In this document: positions 21,705-31,562 of the stretch, one piece after another
Layout: the number at the start of each line of letters is the position of its first letter
Position numbering within the stretch: position 1 is the first letter of the stretch
The notes under the pieces: model-generated
Database searches by the model: none
Seen by the model: only the letters and a program-made list of their open reading frames with translations
Told to the model about the DNA's origin: nothing
From: a virus
Taxonomy: Duplodnaviria > Caudoviricetes
Reading direction: 5' to 3' (one strand)
Length of the DNA stretch: 55,265 bases
IMG/VR virus record: IMGVR_UViG_3300037264_004101
Coordinates: 1 to 55,265 of that record
Program-made: the position numbers and the translations under genes

Positions 21705-24283
21705 CAAAAAGGCTCCTCGACGGAGTTGAGGGCAGGGATGCTGGCCAGGTCGTCGGTGACGTTGCCGCCGTCTTCGTCTTCTCCCGGTTCCCTCGGTGCC
21801 TGTTCGTCTCCCCATAGGCCTCGCAGAAGGGTGTGGCGGTCACCGATGCCGTGCAAGTCAGCCCACGCAAACAACGTTTCAGTCATGATGTCACGATATC
21901 GAATGTGCGAACCACGCCATCTGAGCTGGACACGTTTTTCCTCAGAGACAGCCCGCAACGCCTTGCCGATTTTTGCCGTCTCGGGCTCGATTCGTGTGTC
22001 GGGATGGTAGAGCTTCCAGCCGTCGACGATGGCTTGCTCGTTGATCAAAAGTCGTCCCTTGCCTACGCGCACAAGACCGTCGTTGCGGTTGCTGTAAACT
22101 TTGGGGTTCAGGAGAAAGCGCACAAGCCACTCGCAAACCTTGCTGGACCAGTCACTAGATATGGTGAGCAGCCGGTGCATGGAACTCACATCGCCTTCGA
22201 CCCAGAAGCGCCGAGTCTGCTTTACCTCCCTGTTCTGCGAGAGCCAGAGCATATGCTGAGCGATCCCCCTAGAGCGCCAATAGTTCTTGGTGTCGGTGGG
22301 AATATCGTTCAACAGGTCGGTCGAGTCTTTTGTGACTCTGATGTAGAGAAAGCGCTGCGCCATGGCTTCGAGGTCTTGATTGGTGAGGCTCGAGCGGCTG
22401 GCGAGAAGGAGGTCGTTGTTGGCAGCAATGACCATCCGCACGGCGCCTCGCATGGCTGCAGGGGGAAGGTATTTGCGAGTCACGGTACGTTCGAGTGTGG
22501 ACAGCATGCTGCGCAGCTCGCCGGAGACGTCCGTTTTCCATGAGGTGGGGGTTCCCAGGTCTTCATCGGCGAGGACCAACGGGCAGCGCAGAAGCTCCTC
22601 GTTGAAATTGCTGGTCACTGCATCGAACTTGCCGGGTGTCTCGCTCCAGAGGTGTGCTAGACCTTGGCCGAACAAGGTCTTCCCCGCGCCGGTGTGACCG
22701 GAGAGGTACAAGGCGCAGAGCAGCTTGTTGAGATCGGGTGCGCACGCCATCCAGTCGCAGACCTTCTCGAACGCGCGGCCGCAGAACACGCGCAGCCAAG
22801 CTTCGATGTGGGGATCGTAGACAGGAAGAATGTCGGGGCGATGCGGCCTGGCGGCCTCGTAGACAATGCGGGATTTTTCGTCGAAGTGGGTGAAGTCGAG
22901 GGTGAGGTCGAGAACAGTAGAGCTGCTGACGGTGCCGTAATCCTCGGCCAGTTCTTGCAGCGGTCGACGTCGGCAGCCTTTGGGCGAGAGTTCGTTGAGC
23001 CGCACCGGCGCGCGAGCCAGCAACTCGACGGCAGCCGTGCGTCCCTGCGAAGGACCGTACGGTCCTTTGTAGTTGCCGGATTCGTGCAGCAGGTAATAGG
23101 AGGCTTCTCCGGCTTGAAGAATCCAGCGCTTGTTGAGCGCCTGCTCCGCTTCGGCGGGTTCGTGGGAAATACCTGCCACGACGGCGATTCGACAAAGGTC
23201 TTCGTTCGTGTAAGGAATCTGGTTTCGATTCTCGAGCTGATACTCGAGCGCTTGTTCGGCTTGTTCCGCGTCTTTCTCGGCCGCGTATTGCTGCTCGCTC
23301 ACGTTGATTTTGCCCGCAGCGCCTTCCCAAGCCGTAACGACTTCTTCGATTGTGGGCGGGTCTTCGGGGTGTACCGCGGTCATGGCCGCAATCGAGGGGG
23401 TGAAGAGGATGCGAATAGCTTCGGTGCTGAGCTTCTTCTTTAGAAACCGCCACGCCATGAACAAGGTGAGATCGAGAATGGTTTGATGGCGATGACCTTT
23501 GTCGGCAAAAGGTTCGCCGGCGAGCAGCAGTTGAAGGATCGGTTTCAGGTGTGTGCCGGAAGGCGTGACTTCGTTCTTGTCGATGGTCCTCAGGCCTCGA
23601 CGGAGGTCGAACAGCTCTTTCGACAAACGGGCAGAGTCGACAGCCGCCTCGGGGAAAACGGCTGCCGACCCTGCTTCCAAGAGAGAGAAGCCGACGAGCT
23701 GTTGCGCGTCAAGCCAAAGTCCTTCGTTATGAAAACTGAACGCCTTCGTCAAGTCGAAAGTGCTCGGAAGATAGAACAGCCGAGAGATGTCTCTGGTTTG
23801 CTTGTCGACAAGGCTTTGACACAAGCTGTTCAACGCCTCCCACGCGAACTTGTGCAGCTTCTTCGGTATGGGTTCCTGCAGCGGCAGCACGACACGGACA
23901 CGTGAGCGCTTGTCGGGGTCCTCGTGGGCGGCGATGGCCCCGTGTTTGTGGGTTGTGGCCAGGATCCATTCCCACCGAGCCAGCTTCTTGCAGATGTCGG
24001 CGACCTGCTGTTCGGTGCAATCCTCGATGTCGAGGCCCATGGCATGTGCGGCAATGACGTGTTTGTTGGCCCGTGGGAGCCCGGCCGGCATTTCGCCAAG
24101 CATCACGCAAGGGCCAGTCTTGCGTTGAGTCAGCATGGCGATATGGTCTGAATCTTCGGGACCTCCTCGCAGTTCGTGCTTCGTGAGCACTTCCCTCCAT
24201 TCTGCCCACGGTGCAGATATCGGCTTGGCTTGCCTATCGAAGGGGCTGGTGAAGAACGTGAAGGTTAGGTCCCTTGTTGCCAT
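21704..24283 (-). CDS. primase-helicase (AEP/PrimPol domain plus P-loop NTPase)
   Basis: GLDIED, TTHKH, RVRVVLPL, DISRLFYLP; Walker A LSGHTGAGKT, Walker B LVLADE, IAANN. Confidence 0.85.
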   Translation of the reverse strand: MATRDLTFTFFTSPFDRQAKPISAPWAEWREVLTKHELRGGPEDSDHIAMLTQRKTGPCVMLGEMPAGLPRANKHVIAAHAMGLDIEDCTEQQVADICKKLARWEWILATTHKHGAIAAHEDPDKRSRVRVVLPLQEPIPKKLHKFAWEALNSLCQSLVDKQTRDISRLFYLPSTFDLTKAFSFHNEGLWLDAQQLVGFSLLEAGSAAVFPEAAVDSARLSKELFDLRRGLRTIDKNEVTPSGTHLKPILQLLLAGEPFADKGHRHQTILDLTLFMAWRFLKKKLSTEAIRILFTPSIAAMTAVHPEDPPTIEEVVTAWEGAAGKINVSEQQYAAEKDAEQAEQALEYQLENRNQIPYTNEDLCRIAVVAGISHEPAEAEQALNKRWILQAGEASYYLLHESGNYKGPYGPSQGRTAAVELLARAPVRLNELSPKGCRRRPLQELAEDYGTVSSSTVLDLTLDFTHFDEKSRIVYEAARPHRPDILPVYDPHIEAWLRVFCGRAFEKVCDWMACAPDLNKLLCALYLSGHTGAGKTLFGQGLAHLWSETPGKFDAVTSNFNEELLRCPLVLADEDLGTPTSWKTDVSGELRSMLSTLERTVTRKYLPPAAMRGAVRMVIAANNDLLLASRSSLTNQDLEAMAQRFLYIRVTKDSTDLLNDIPTDTKNYWRSRGIAQHMLWLSQNREVKQTRRFWVEGDVSSMHRLLTISSDWSSKVCEWLVRFLLNPKVYSNRNDGLVRVGKGRLLINEQAIVDGWKLYHPDTRIEPETAKIGKALRAVSEEKRVQLRWRGSHIRYRDIMTETLFAWADLHGIGDRHTLLRGLWGDEQAPREPGEDEDGGNVTDDLASIPALNSVEEPF

Positions 24284-24314
24284 GAAAACCCCCGAGCGAG
24301 GCTGGGTTGTAGGT

Positions 24315-24782
24315 TTAACTCACCTGCAAGGCAATGCCGTCGTAGCAAGACGCTTTAGCGTTTGCCAGCGTAAGAACATATTCATCATAGAGCATGCAGA
24401 GCTTTGCGAAGACGGCAACATAAGCTGCCCTCGGTTCGATATCCTCCGCTGCAGGATTGAGACCGTCATCTAACCATTGCCCTAACAGCTTAAGCGCTTG
24501 CTGCGGGCTTTGACACTCCATGGCTTCTGCTAGTAGCCATAGAAGCGGCTTGTAGCTATCCGATATCCAGCGCTTTACGGTGCTGCGCCCATAGGCTTTA
24601 GGCCAGCCTCCTTTGCGGTGCCGGTAGTGCTCGGCCACGTGGGGAGGGACCTTAGGTAAGAAGTCTGCTAACAGTTGAACAGCTTTCTCGACCGAGTTAT
24701 TGGTGTATCCGCCTCGTTGGGTCAGCGCCGCCGGTATCCAACGCAGGCCGTGTGCCTCGTTCCAGGTCGTGTAAACGAACAT
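24315..24782 (-). CDS. hypothetical protein, first gene of the leftward arm
   Basis: 155 aa, GAGGAG RBS. Confidence 0.65.
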   Translation of the reverse strand: MFVYTTWNEAHGLRWIPAALTQRGGYTNNSVEKAVQLLADFLPKVPPHVAEHYRHRKGGWPKAYGRSTVKRWISDSYKPLLWLLAEAMECQSPQQALKLLGQWLDDGLNPAAEDIEPRAAYVAVFAKLCMLYDEYVLTLANAKASCYDGIALQVS

Positions 24783-25448
24783 GACTGCTCCTCAGCGGCG
24801 GTGCGGCGCGGCCGGAACCTAACAGGATCCTCAAGAGAGAGTCAACGACGGAGAGTCCGAAACGCCTCGAGCCCCCCTCCGCGAAGACCTCATAAAAAAA
24901 TCTGAGGCCGGTCCTTGCACCGGCCCCGATGCGAACGCGGGTGACGAGACCTGAGCAGGTGCTCCCGGGTGGGGGGCTTAATGGTACGTGGATGGAAAAA
25001 ACAGACCTCTGAAAAAAGTAGAGAAACGTGAAAGCTCGCTCTGAGCTGTTACGTCGACGTTAAATCAGTGGGATGGCTGCAGGTGAAAAAAAAGCGTCAC
25101 AGGCGTGGCATCTACGTCCTAAGTACTCTTTACAAGGTAGAATGAAAAAAAATAATTGGAGGTAGCTCGGGGTCAAAACGAGGTTTGAGGCGAGATCAGT
25201 GAAACATAAAAATCGCCTACGTATAAGAGGTCAGACTCTAAAACCTGTTACGCCGACATCATTTTTGTTTTTCTCTTTTCGTTTCAAGCCAGTCCCGTGA
25301 TGAAAACGTAACAAAAAGCGTAACACCCCGTCACCGTGTTTGGTTACAGCTCCTCTTAATTTCCATCTAATCAGGCAGTTATCACAAAGTGTCGGGTGGT
25401 TGAAAAAAGTAGTTGACTCCGAGGCACGAGAGCCGGTATGTACTCGCC
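24783..25448. other. AT-rich divergent intergenic control region (candidate origin or packaging region)
   Basis: About 660 bp with no convincing ORF, poly-A/T tracts and repeated TGT(T/G)ACG, located between the divergent arms. Confidence 0.55.
24816..24845 (-). promoter_or_regulatory. putative leftward early promoter
   Basis: TTGACT-18 nt-TAGGTT with extended TG; shares TTGACTCTCT with the promoter at 10653. Confidence 0.45.
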
Positions 25449-26087
25449 ATGCCCGCTGGCACTCACAGCAAGCACTCGGTCGCCGAGGTCGATATCGCTA
25501 GCATTGGTCTAGACCCCCATAACCTGCGCGAGCACGGCAAGCGTAGCGTGGATGAGCTGGCGAACTCTCTCGGTCAGTTCGGAGCCGCGCGCTCGGTCGT
25601 GGTCGACAAGCATGGCATCGTCCGCGCCGGCAACGGAACTCTCGAAGCTGCTCGGAATGCAGGCATAACCAAAGCCCTAGTCGTCGAGACCGACGGCAGG
25701 CAACTCGTGGTCGTGAAGCGACGGGACTGGAGCGACGAGGAGGCGATTTCTTACGCGATAGCCGATAATCGCATAGGCGAATTATCCAAATTCAACTACG
25801 AAGCCTTGGGCGAAACGCTTAGCAAACTACGCGCAAACGAAATTCCGATAGTAGGCTTTGACGCAGGCGAATTGGATATGCTGCTATCGGCGCAGTGGAA
25901 ACCCGATGAGCAAATTGCGGTTGAGAGCTACTTCCGCGAGCCAGCGGCAGCGGCGCAAGAGCTTTCAATCCAGGTGCTTGAGGAGCACGCGGAAGAAATC
26001 GGCAAAGCGCTGCAGCTTGAAATGCTCGCCGGCGCGGCTTCGGAATCCGAAGCTTTGGTGCGTATCGTTCGGCGAGCCCGTGTGTGA
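25449..26087 (+). CDS. ParB/Srx-like N-terminal domain protein
   Basis: DPHNLREH, SLGQFG...VVVD...AGNGTLEAA and YAIADNR. Confidence 0.8.
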   Translation: MPAGTHSKHSVAEVDIASIGLDPHNLREHGKRSVDELANSLGQFGAARSVVVDKHGIVRAGNGTLEAARNAGITKALVVETDGRQLVVVKRRDWSDEEAISYAIADNRIGELSKFNYEALGETLSKLRANEIPIVGFDAGELDMLLSAQWKPDEQIAVESYFREPAAAAQELSIQVLEEHAEEIGKALQLEMLAGAASESEALVRIVRRARV

Positions 26088-26135
26088 TTTCGCCCTCGGT
26101 TCGGTTCGGTTCGGTTAGTATTCTTCCATGACCAT

Positions 26136-27062
26136 ATGGATACGCTAGAAAATCCAGCTGATAAAGCGCACCTGCCGGCGCTTTTAGTTAGCTATGTATA
26201 CTTGGAAGAGTTTCTTAGAAAACGTAGCACATACCACTATCGCGATTGGGTCTTGGACTCGGGCGCGTTCTCCGTATTTACTAGCGGAGCGACTATCCGT
26301 GTAGAAGATTACACCGATAAGTGCCTTGAGCTTCTTGCTGGCCACGACCCGCCTACTGAGATATTTGCGCTCGACGTGATAGGCGATTGGAAGGCCAGTC
26401 TGGCTAATACCGAATTTATGTGGAAAGCAGGGGTGCCGGCTATACCTGCCTATCACCTCGGTGAACCTGAGCATGCGTTGCTTGCTATTGCAAAAGACTA
26501 CCCGAAGATCGCTATCGGAGGCATCGCACAGCTACGAGGCAAGGCGAAGTCCGACGTCGCCGCTCAATGCATCTCAAGGGTCTGGCCGAAAAAGGTACAC
26601 GGTTTCGGTATCGGACAAGAAAAACTGATGCTGAAATTTCCGTGGCATTCGGTGGACGCCACGAGCTGGGAGCTCGGCCCCGCTAGATTCGGAAACTGGC
26701 ACACCTATGGCCAGATGAGCGTTCGCGGTAGTAAGCAAGACCTTCGTTGCGAGATAGCGTGGTATCTTGATCTGGAGAAGAAGGCTCGTGCGAAGTGGAG
26801 AAAAGAGATGGTTGAGCTTGAAGCGCTCGAGCCTTCTCCGACCGTGAGGCGGGCGGTGTCCGGTTACGGTGATGGCAAGCACGGGAGTCGCCTCCTGTCG
26901 CTTGTCGATTCTGATACCGCCAGGCTCGAACCTTCGCCTACCGTGAGGCTCGCCACAAACTCAAACGATCGCGCGGACAGGGTTCTGACGATGGCTCCAA
27001 CCGTCAGGCTTGTGGCACAGGGTCACGCAAGCTCACGCCAGAAGGTGTCTGAGGAGTTATGA
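26136..27062 (+). CDS. dpdA: DpdA/TGT-like DNA-guanine transglycosylase
   Basis: LDSGAFS, LDVIGD, PAYH.GE, IAIGG, VHGFG and SVDATSW; directly upstream of queC. Confidence 0.8.
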   Translation: MDTLENPADKAHLPALLVSYVYLEEFLRKRSTYHYRDWVLDSGAFSVFTSGATIRVEDYTDKCLELLAGHDPPTEIFALDVIGDWKASLANTEFMWKAGVPAIPAYHLGEPEHALLAIAKDYPKIAIGGIAQLRGKAKSDVAAQCISRVWPKKVHGFGIGQEKLMLKFPWHSVDATSWELGPARFGNWHTYGQMSVRGSKQDLRCEIAWYLDLEKKARAKWRKEMVELEALEPSPTVRRAVSGYGDGKHGSRLLSLVDSDTARLEPSPTVRLATNSNDRADRVLTMAPTVRLVAQGHASSRQKVSEEL

Positions 27063-27724
27063 AGAAGCGTTCGGTCATCATCCTCTCGGGGGGCATCGAC
27101 TCGGCGGTGCTGCTGCATACCCTTTTCGCTGAGGGTCAAGACGTTACCGCCCTGACTTTCTCCTACAACCAGAGGCATCGCAAGGAGGTCGAGTATGCTC
27201 GACGCACGGCTGAGCGCTTGAAGGTGTCTTGGTTGTGTATAGATGCCGAAAAGGTATTCGCAGCTTTGCGAGGCGATAGCGCTCTGATGAACGAGAAGCT
27301 GCAGGTCCCTCATGGTCACTTTGCAGCCGAGCCCATGAAGGGCACCGTGGTGCCGAACCGCAACATGATCTTCCTGGCCATCGCCATCGGTCACGCTGTT
27401 TCGGAGAAGCGCAGCGTGGTCTATTATGGCGCGCACGCAGGCGATCACACCATCTATCCTGACTGTCGGCCAGAGTTCGTGGAAACCATGCAACGAGCGG
27501 CGAAGCTGTGTGATTGGCAAAAGATTGAACTGTGCGCGCCCTTCCTGCACTGGTCGAAGGGAAAGGTTGTCGCCGAGGGCAGTAAGCTCGGGGTCAACTT
27601 CTTGGAGACGTGGACCTGCTACGAGGGAGGACAGATTCATTGCGGCCAGTGCGGCTCATGCAACGAGCGCAAGGAAGCCTTTCGCGCCGCAGGTGTTGCG
27701 GACCCTACAGCTTACCAGCTCTGA
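27059..27724 (+). CDS. queC: 7-cyano-7-deazaguanine synthase
   Basis: LSGGIDS, VPNRNMIFL, YPDCRPEF and TWTCY...HCGQCGSC.ER. Confidence 0.97.
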   Translation: MKKRSVIILSGGIDSAVLLHTLFAEGQDVTALTFSYNQRHRKEVEYARRTAERLKVSWLCIDAEKVFAALRGDSALMNEKLQVPHGHFAAEPMKGTVVPNRNMIFLAIAIGHAVSEKRSVVYYGAHAGDHTIYPDCRPEFVETMQRAAKLCDWQKIELCAPFLHWSKGKVVAEGSKLGVNFLETWTCYEGGQIHCGQCGSCNERKEAFRAAGVADPTAYQL

Positions 27725-27743
27725 CCTTCGAGGTAACTTCGAG

Positions 27744-28175
27744 ATGATCGTCACCGCTACTCGACGTGTGCAGTTCTGCGCCGGCCATCGCGTGCATGAG
27801 CACGAGTCGAAGTGCCGGAACCTTCACGGTCACAACTATGTCGCTTATTTCACGGCTCAAGGCGAACAGCGACCCCTTGACCCTCTTGGACGTGTGCTCG
27901 AATTCTCGGTGCTCAAGCAAAGACTCGGCGGCTGGATTGAGGAGCATTGGGACCACGGCTTCATCGTCAAGCGCGACGACCAGGAGGCGGTGGCGGCGCT
28001 AGCGCTCATTCCTGAGCAGAAACTCTACGTGCTCGAGGGCAACCCCACGGCCGAGAACATGGCCAAGCACCTTCTCGAAGTCGTTGCACCGACTGTTCTC
28101 GATGGCACCGACGTTCGCGTGGTCAAGGTGCGCCTCGAGGAGACCGAGAATTGCTCGGCCGAGGTGGAATGGTGA
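27744..28175 (+). CDS. queD: 6-carboxytetrahydropterin synthase
   Basis: FCAGH, CRNLHGHNY, WDH, NPTAEN and ETENC. Confidence 0.95.
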   Translation: MIVTATRRVQFCAGHRVHEHESKCRNLHGHNYVAYFTAQGEQRPLDPLGRVLEFSVLKQRLGGWIEEHWDHGFIVKRDDQEAVAALALIPEQKLYVLEGNPTAENMAKHLLEVVAPTVLDGTDVRVVKVRLEETENCSAEVEW

Positions 28176-28798
28176 AGCAATATGTCGTGAACGAAGTCTT
28201 CTTTAGCCTTCAGGGCGAAGGTACACGCGCCGGCACCGCAAACGTGTTCGTGCGCTTCAGCGCCTGCAACATGCGCTGCAGCATGGAGCCGGCAGAAGAC
28301 TCACCTGGAGGCTTCGACTGCGACACCGAGTTCGTCTCCGGTCACAAGGTCACTGCTGAGGAGCTGCTGGATTGGATGGGAGACGAATGGGAGAGCGAGG
28401 ACGGAGGCGCCCCAAAGGCCTGCGTGCTGACCGGAGGCGAGCCAGGCCTACAGCTCGACACCGAGTTGCTTACCGCCTTGAAGACGGTCGGCTGGTATGT
28501 GGCCATCGAAACGAACGGCAGCATCTTGCTCCCGACCGGGCTCGATTGGATCACCGTATCGCCCAAAGTCGCGGAGCATGCGATTAGGCAGCGCACCGCC
28601 AGCGAGGTCAAATACGTGCGCGGACATGGACAAGCGATCCCACGCACGTGCGTTGAAGCACCGATGAAGCTTCTGTCCCCCGCCTTCGGGGGCATGGACG
28701 TTGATCCGAGTGCTCTTGCGTGGTGCATACGTCTTGTGAAAGAACATCCCGAATGGAGACTGTCGCTGCAGATGCACAAGGTCTGGCAGGTTCGCTAA
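28169..28798 (+). CDS. queE: 7-carboxy-7-deazaguanine synthase (radical SAM)
   Basis: FFSLQGEG, VFVRFSACN, CDT, TGGEP, ETNG, TVSPK and LSLQMHK. Confidence 0.95.
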   Translation: MVKQYVVNEVFFSLQGEGTRAGTANVFVRFSACNMRCSMEPAEDSPGGFDCDTEFVSGHKVTAEELLDWMGDEWESEDGGAPKACVLTGGEPGLQLDTELLTALKTVGWYVAIETNGSILLPTGLDWITVSPKVAEHAIRQRTASEVKYVRGHGQAIPRTCVEAPMKLLSPAFGGMDVDPSALAWCIRLVKEHPEWRLSLQMHKVWQVR

Positions 28799-29361
28799 AG
28801 CTCGTGGCCACCTCCCCCCTCGACGGGGCAGGAGCCGTCCGTGATCTGCTGCACCTCATTGGGGAGGACCCCGACCGAGACGGCCTGAAGGACACTCCTC
28901 GGCGCGTGGTGAAGGCGCTGAAGGAGATGACGGCAGGGTACGAGGAAGACCCAGCGCAGATCCTCTCGACCACCTTCGATGTGCTCCACGATGAAATGAT
29001 CATTCTTCGGGGCGTGCGTTTCCAGTCATTGTGTGAGCATCACCTGCTGCCCTTCGTAGGCGTTGCGCACGTCGGCTACATTCCCACGAAGCGCGTTGTA
29101 GGGCTCTCCAAGCTGGCGCGCTTGGTGGCATGCTACGCGCGCCGGCTGCAGGTGCAAGAGCGCCTGACGGACCAGGTTGCGCAAGCCATCATGCAGCACC
29201 TGCGGCCACAGGGCGCAGCCGTCGTGGTGGACTCGGCTCACCTGTGCATGGCTCACCGAGGCGTTCGACAGCCTGACGCGCGCATGGTGACGTCCTGTAT
29301 GCTTGGTGTCTTTCGGGAGAGTCCCGAAGCGCGTGCTGAGTTCCTGCGCTTAATCGAGTAG
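28753..29361 (+). CDS. folE: GTP cyclohydrolase I
   Basis: GEDPDRDGLKDTPRRV, SLCEHHLLPF, GLSKLAR, QVQERLT and HLCM..RG; start uncertain. Confidence 0.96.
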   Translation: METVAADAQGLAGSLKLVATSPLDGAGAVRDLLHLIGEDPDRDGLKDTPRRVVKALKEMTAGYEEDPAQILSTTFDVLHDEMIILRGVRFQSLCEHHLLPFVGVAHVGYIPTKRVVGLSKLARLVACYARRLQVQERLTDQVAQAIMQHLRPQGAAVVVDSAHLCMAHRGVRQPDARMVTSCMLGVFRESPEARAEFLRLIE

Positions 29362-29370
29362 AGTGAAATT

Positions 29371-29973
29371 GTGGCCAGACAACCAAGAAAGAAGCCTGAA
29401 AAGCACATTGTCGTCAAGGACCGCACCCCAGAGAGCGCATGGGAGCGTCAGGTAGGCGAAACCGGCTTGTGCTGGGAAGCATTTCGAACCTATCGCGACA
29501 TGCCTCCTGGCGAACGCACTCTGCTCAAGCTCGTGCCCATTTTCGGCAAGTGCCGAACGAACTTTCAACGATGGAGTTCAGAGTGGGATTGGATGGCGCG
29601 GTGCCAGGCTTACGATAGTTGGAAGGACCGCCAGGTAAGGCTGGCAGAGATCGCGGCTGTGCGCGACATGAAGACACGTCACATTCAGATGGCCATGTCT
29701 CTCCAGGGAGCGGCTGCACTGGCACTGAACAAGATCATTGCCGCCGAGCGCGCAGGTACGCAACTCACACTCAAGCCAAACGAAGTGAAAGAGCTTGCAG
29801 AGTTGGGGCTGAAGATCGAACGCCTGAACAGGGGAGAGCCCAGCGAGATCGAGGTCGCCAAGATCGAGATGGTGAGGCCGCACGTGGTCACTGACTACAG
29901 CGCACTCGACCTGCAGGAGCTGCGCACGCTGAGGCAGCTCACACGCAAGGCTCGCAACAGCGGCGATGACTAG
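29371..29973 (+). CDS. putative terminase small subunit
   Basis: WERQ.GE...EAF..YRD..., W...W.W..R..AYD pattern; immediately upstream of TerL. Confidence 0.7.
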   Translation: MARQPRKKPEKHIVVKDRTPESAWERQVGETGLCWEAFRTYRDMPPGERTLLKLVPIFGKCRTNFQRWSSEWDWMARCQAYDSWKDRQVRLAEIAAVRDMKTRHIQMAMSLQGAAALALNKIIAAERAGTQLTLKPNEVKELAELGLKIERLNRGEPSEIEVAKIEMVRPHVVTDYSALDLQELRTLRQLTRKARNSGDD

Positions 29974-31522
29974 AAGCCGAGGTATCGGCAGCGGCCGGCA
30001 CAGACAGAAGATGGATATCGTCGACGCGCAAGCGCTCGACCGTGAAATCTACCGCCGCAGCTTTCGCGAGTTCGTGCCCGACGCCTTCGAGGCGCTGGAA
30101 GGTGGAGACCTCTGGGCAGACCGTGTGAGGCTCGGTCTGGTCACACCGAAGTTCGTTCCCGGCTGGCATATCGACGTCATCGCGGAGCACTTGCAGGCCG
30201 TGTCGGAAGGCCACATTCGCCGGCTGCTCATCAACGTTCCTCCGGGGACCATGAAGTCGGTGCTGGCTTGCGTGCTCTGGCCAGCGTGGATGTGGATGCG
30301 AGAGCCAAAGCTCCGCTTTCTGTTTTCGTCCTACTCTGAAGAATTCACCAAGCGGGACGCGCGCAAGACCAAGATGCTGATTAAGGGCGAGTGGTTCCAA
30401 GCGCGCTTCCCTCACGTCAAGATCGCAGCGGTTCCCGACACGCAGATGGAGCAGCACACAACGGCAGGCGGCGAACGCCACGGCGCTTCCACGAACAGCG
30501 GTGTGACGGGTAAGCATGTTCACGGCATTGTGGAAGACGACCCGTTGAAATTACAGGACGCCATGAAGTCAGGCGCGCGCAACGAGGCTTGGAACTATCA
30601 CACGCAAGCTCTTGGCTTTCGGCTCTTGCCCGAAGGGGGGTGGCGCGTTGTGGTGATGCAACGCCTGCACGAGGATGACGTGAGCGGCCGCATCCTCGAA
30701 CGCATGGGTGAAGACGGGGACAGCTACGTGCATCTCTGCCTGCCGATGGAATACGAGGCCAAGCGCAGATGCGTCACGCACATATCTCCGACGCACGCCT
30801 TCGAGGACCCCCGCACGCAAGAGGGCGAACTGCTTTGGCCACAACGCATGAATGCAGAGTTCGTTGCCGAGAAGAAAGGTCCGAACGGCTTAGGCGCCTA
30901 CGGCTATGCGGGACAGGCGCAGCAACGGCCGGCGCCGGTTGAAGGCGGCATCATCAAGCGCGACTGGCTGCGCTTTTATCGTGAGCTACCTAAGACACTG
31001 ACTAAATGGTGGCAGTCCTGGGACCTCATCTTCGACGGTGACGCGAAGGGGAGCTTTTGCGTCGGCCAGGTGTGGGCGCAGGACGGCGCGAATCGCTATC
31101 TGGTCTGGCAACGCCGAGAACGCGAGGACTTCGTGGCCACGCTCAACGGCTTCGTGCGCATGACGAACGCCTATCCTCAGGCTCGACGCAAGAAGATCGA
31201 GAAGAAGGCCAATGGAGCTGCGCTCATCTCGATGCTCAAGGGAAAGATCCCCGGCATCGTGCCGGTGAATCCTCACACGGGCAAAGAGGCGCGGCTGATG
31301 GCGGTGTCTCCCTACTTCGAAGCGGGAAATATTTGGTTACCTGACATAAGCATTGCAGGCTGGGTCGAGGAGTATGTCGAGGAGCTTGTGACGTTTCCAA
31401 ATAGCACCTACGACGACCAAGTCGACGCCACCTCGCAAGCGCTGGATGAGCGAGACAAGGCGGTAACAGGTTTTTCTCTCGACCTATCGGTAGGCGCGCG
31501 CCCTAGCCCGTGGCGTTTGTAG
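29966..31522 (+). CDS. terL: terminase large subunit
   Basis: INVPPGTMKS, EDDP, MQRLHEDD, SWD, IEKKANG and FPN..YDDQVDA. Confidence 0.95.
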   Translation: MTRSRGIGSGRHRQKMDIVDAQALDREIYRRSFREFVPDAFEALEGGDLWADRVRLGLVTPKFVPGWHIDVIAEHLQAVSEGHIRRLLINVPPGTMKSVLACVLWPAWMWMREPKLRFLFSSYSEEFTKRDARKTKMLIKGEWFQARFPHVKIAAVPDTQMEQHTTAGGERHGASTNSGVTGKHVHGIVEDDPLKLQDAMKSGARNEAWNYHTQALGFRLLPEGGWRVVVMQRLHEDDVSGRILERMGEDGDSYVHLCLPMEYEAKRRCVTHISPTHAFEDPRTQEGELLWPQRMNAEFVAEKKGPNGLGAYGYAGQAQQRPAPVEGGIIKRDWLRFYRELPKTLTKWWQSWDLIFDGDAKGSFCVGQVWAQDGANRYLVWQRREREDFVATLNGFVRMTNAYPQARRKKIEKKANGAALISMLKGKIPGIVPVNPHTGKEARLMAVSPYFEAGNIWLPDISIAGWVEEYVEELVTFPNSTYDDQVDATSQALDERDKAVTGFSLDLSVGARPSPWRL

Positions 31523-31562
31523 GCTCGCACTTTCCTCGAAAGCCGTGATAATCTCCCGCTGC

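Noticed and set aside
26096-26116. (TCGGT)4 microsatellite upstream of dpdA as a phase-variation switch
   Set aside because: It is short and intergenic with no identifiable flanking promoter spacing, so it cannot be supported without read-level length variation.
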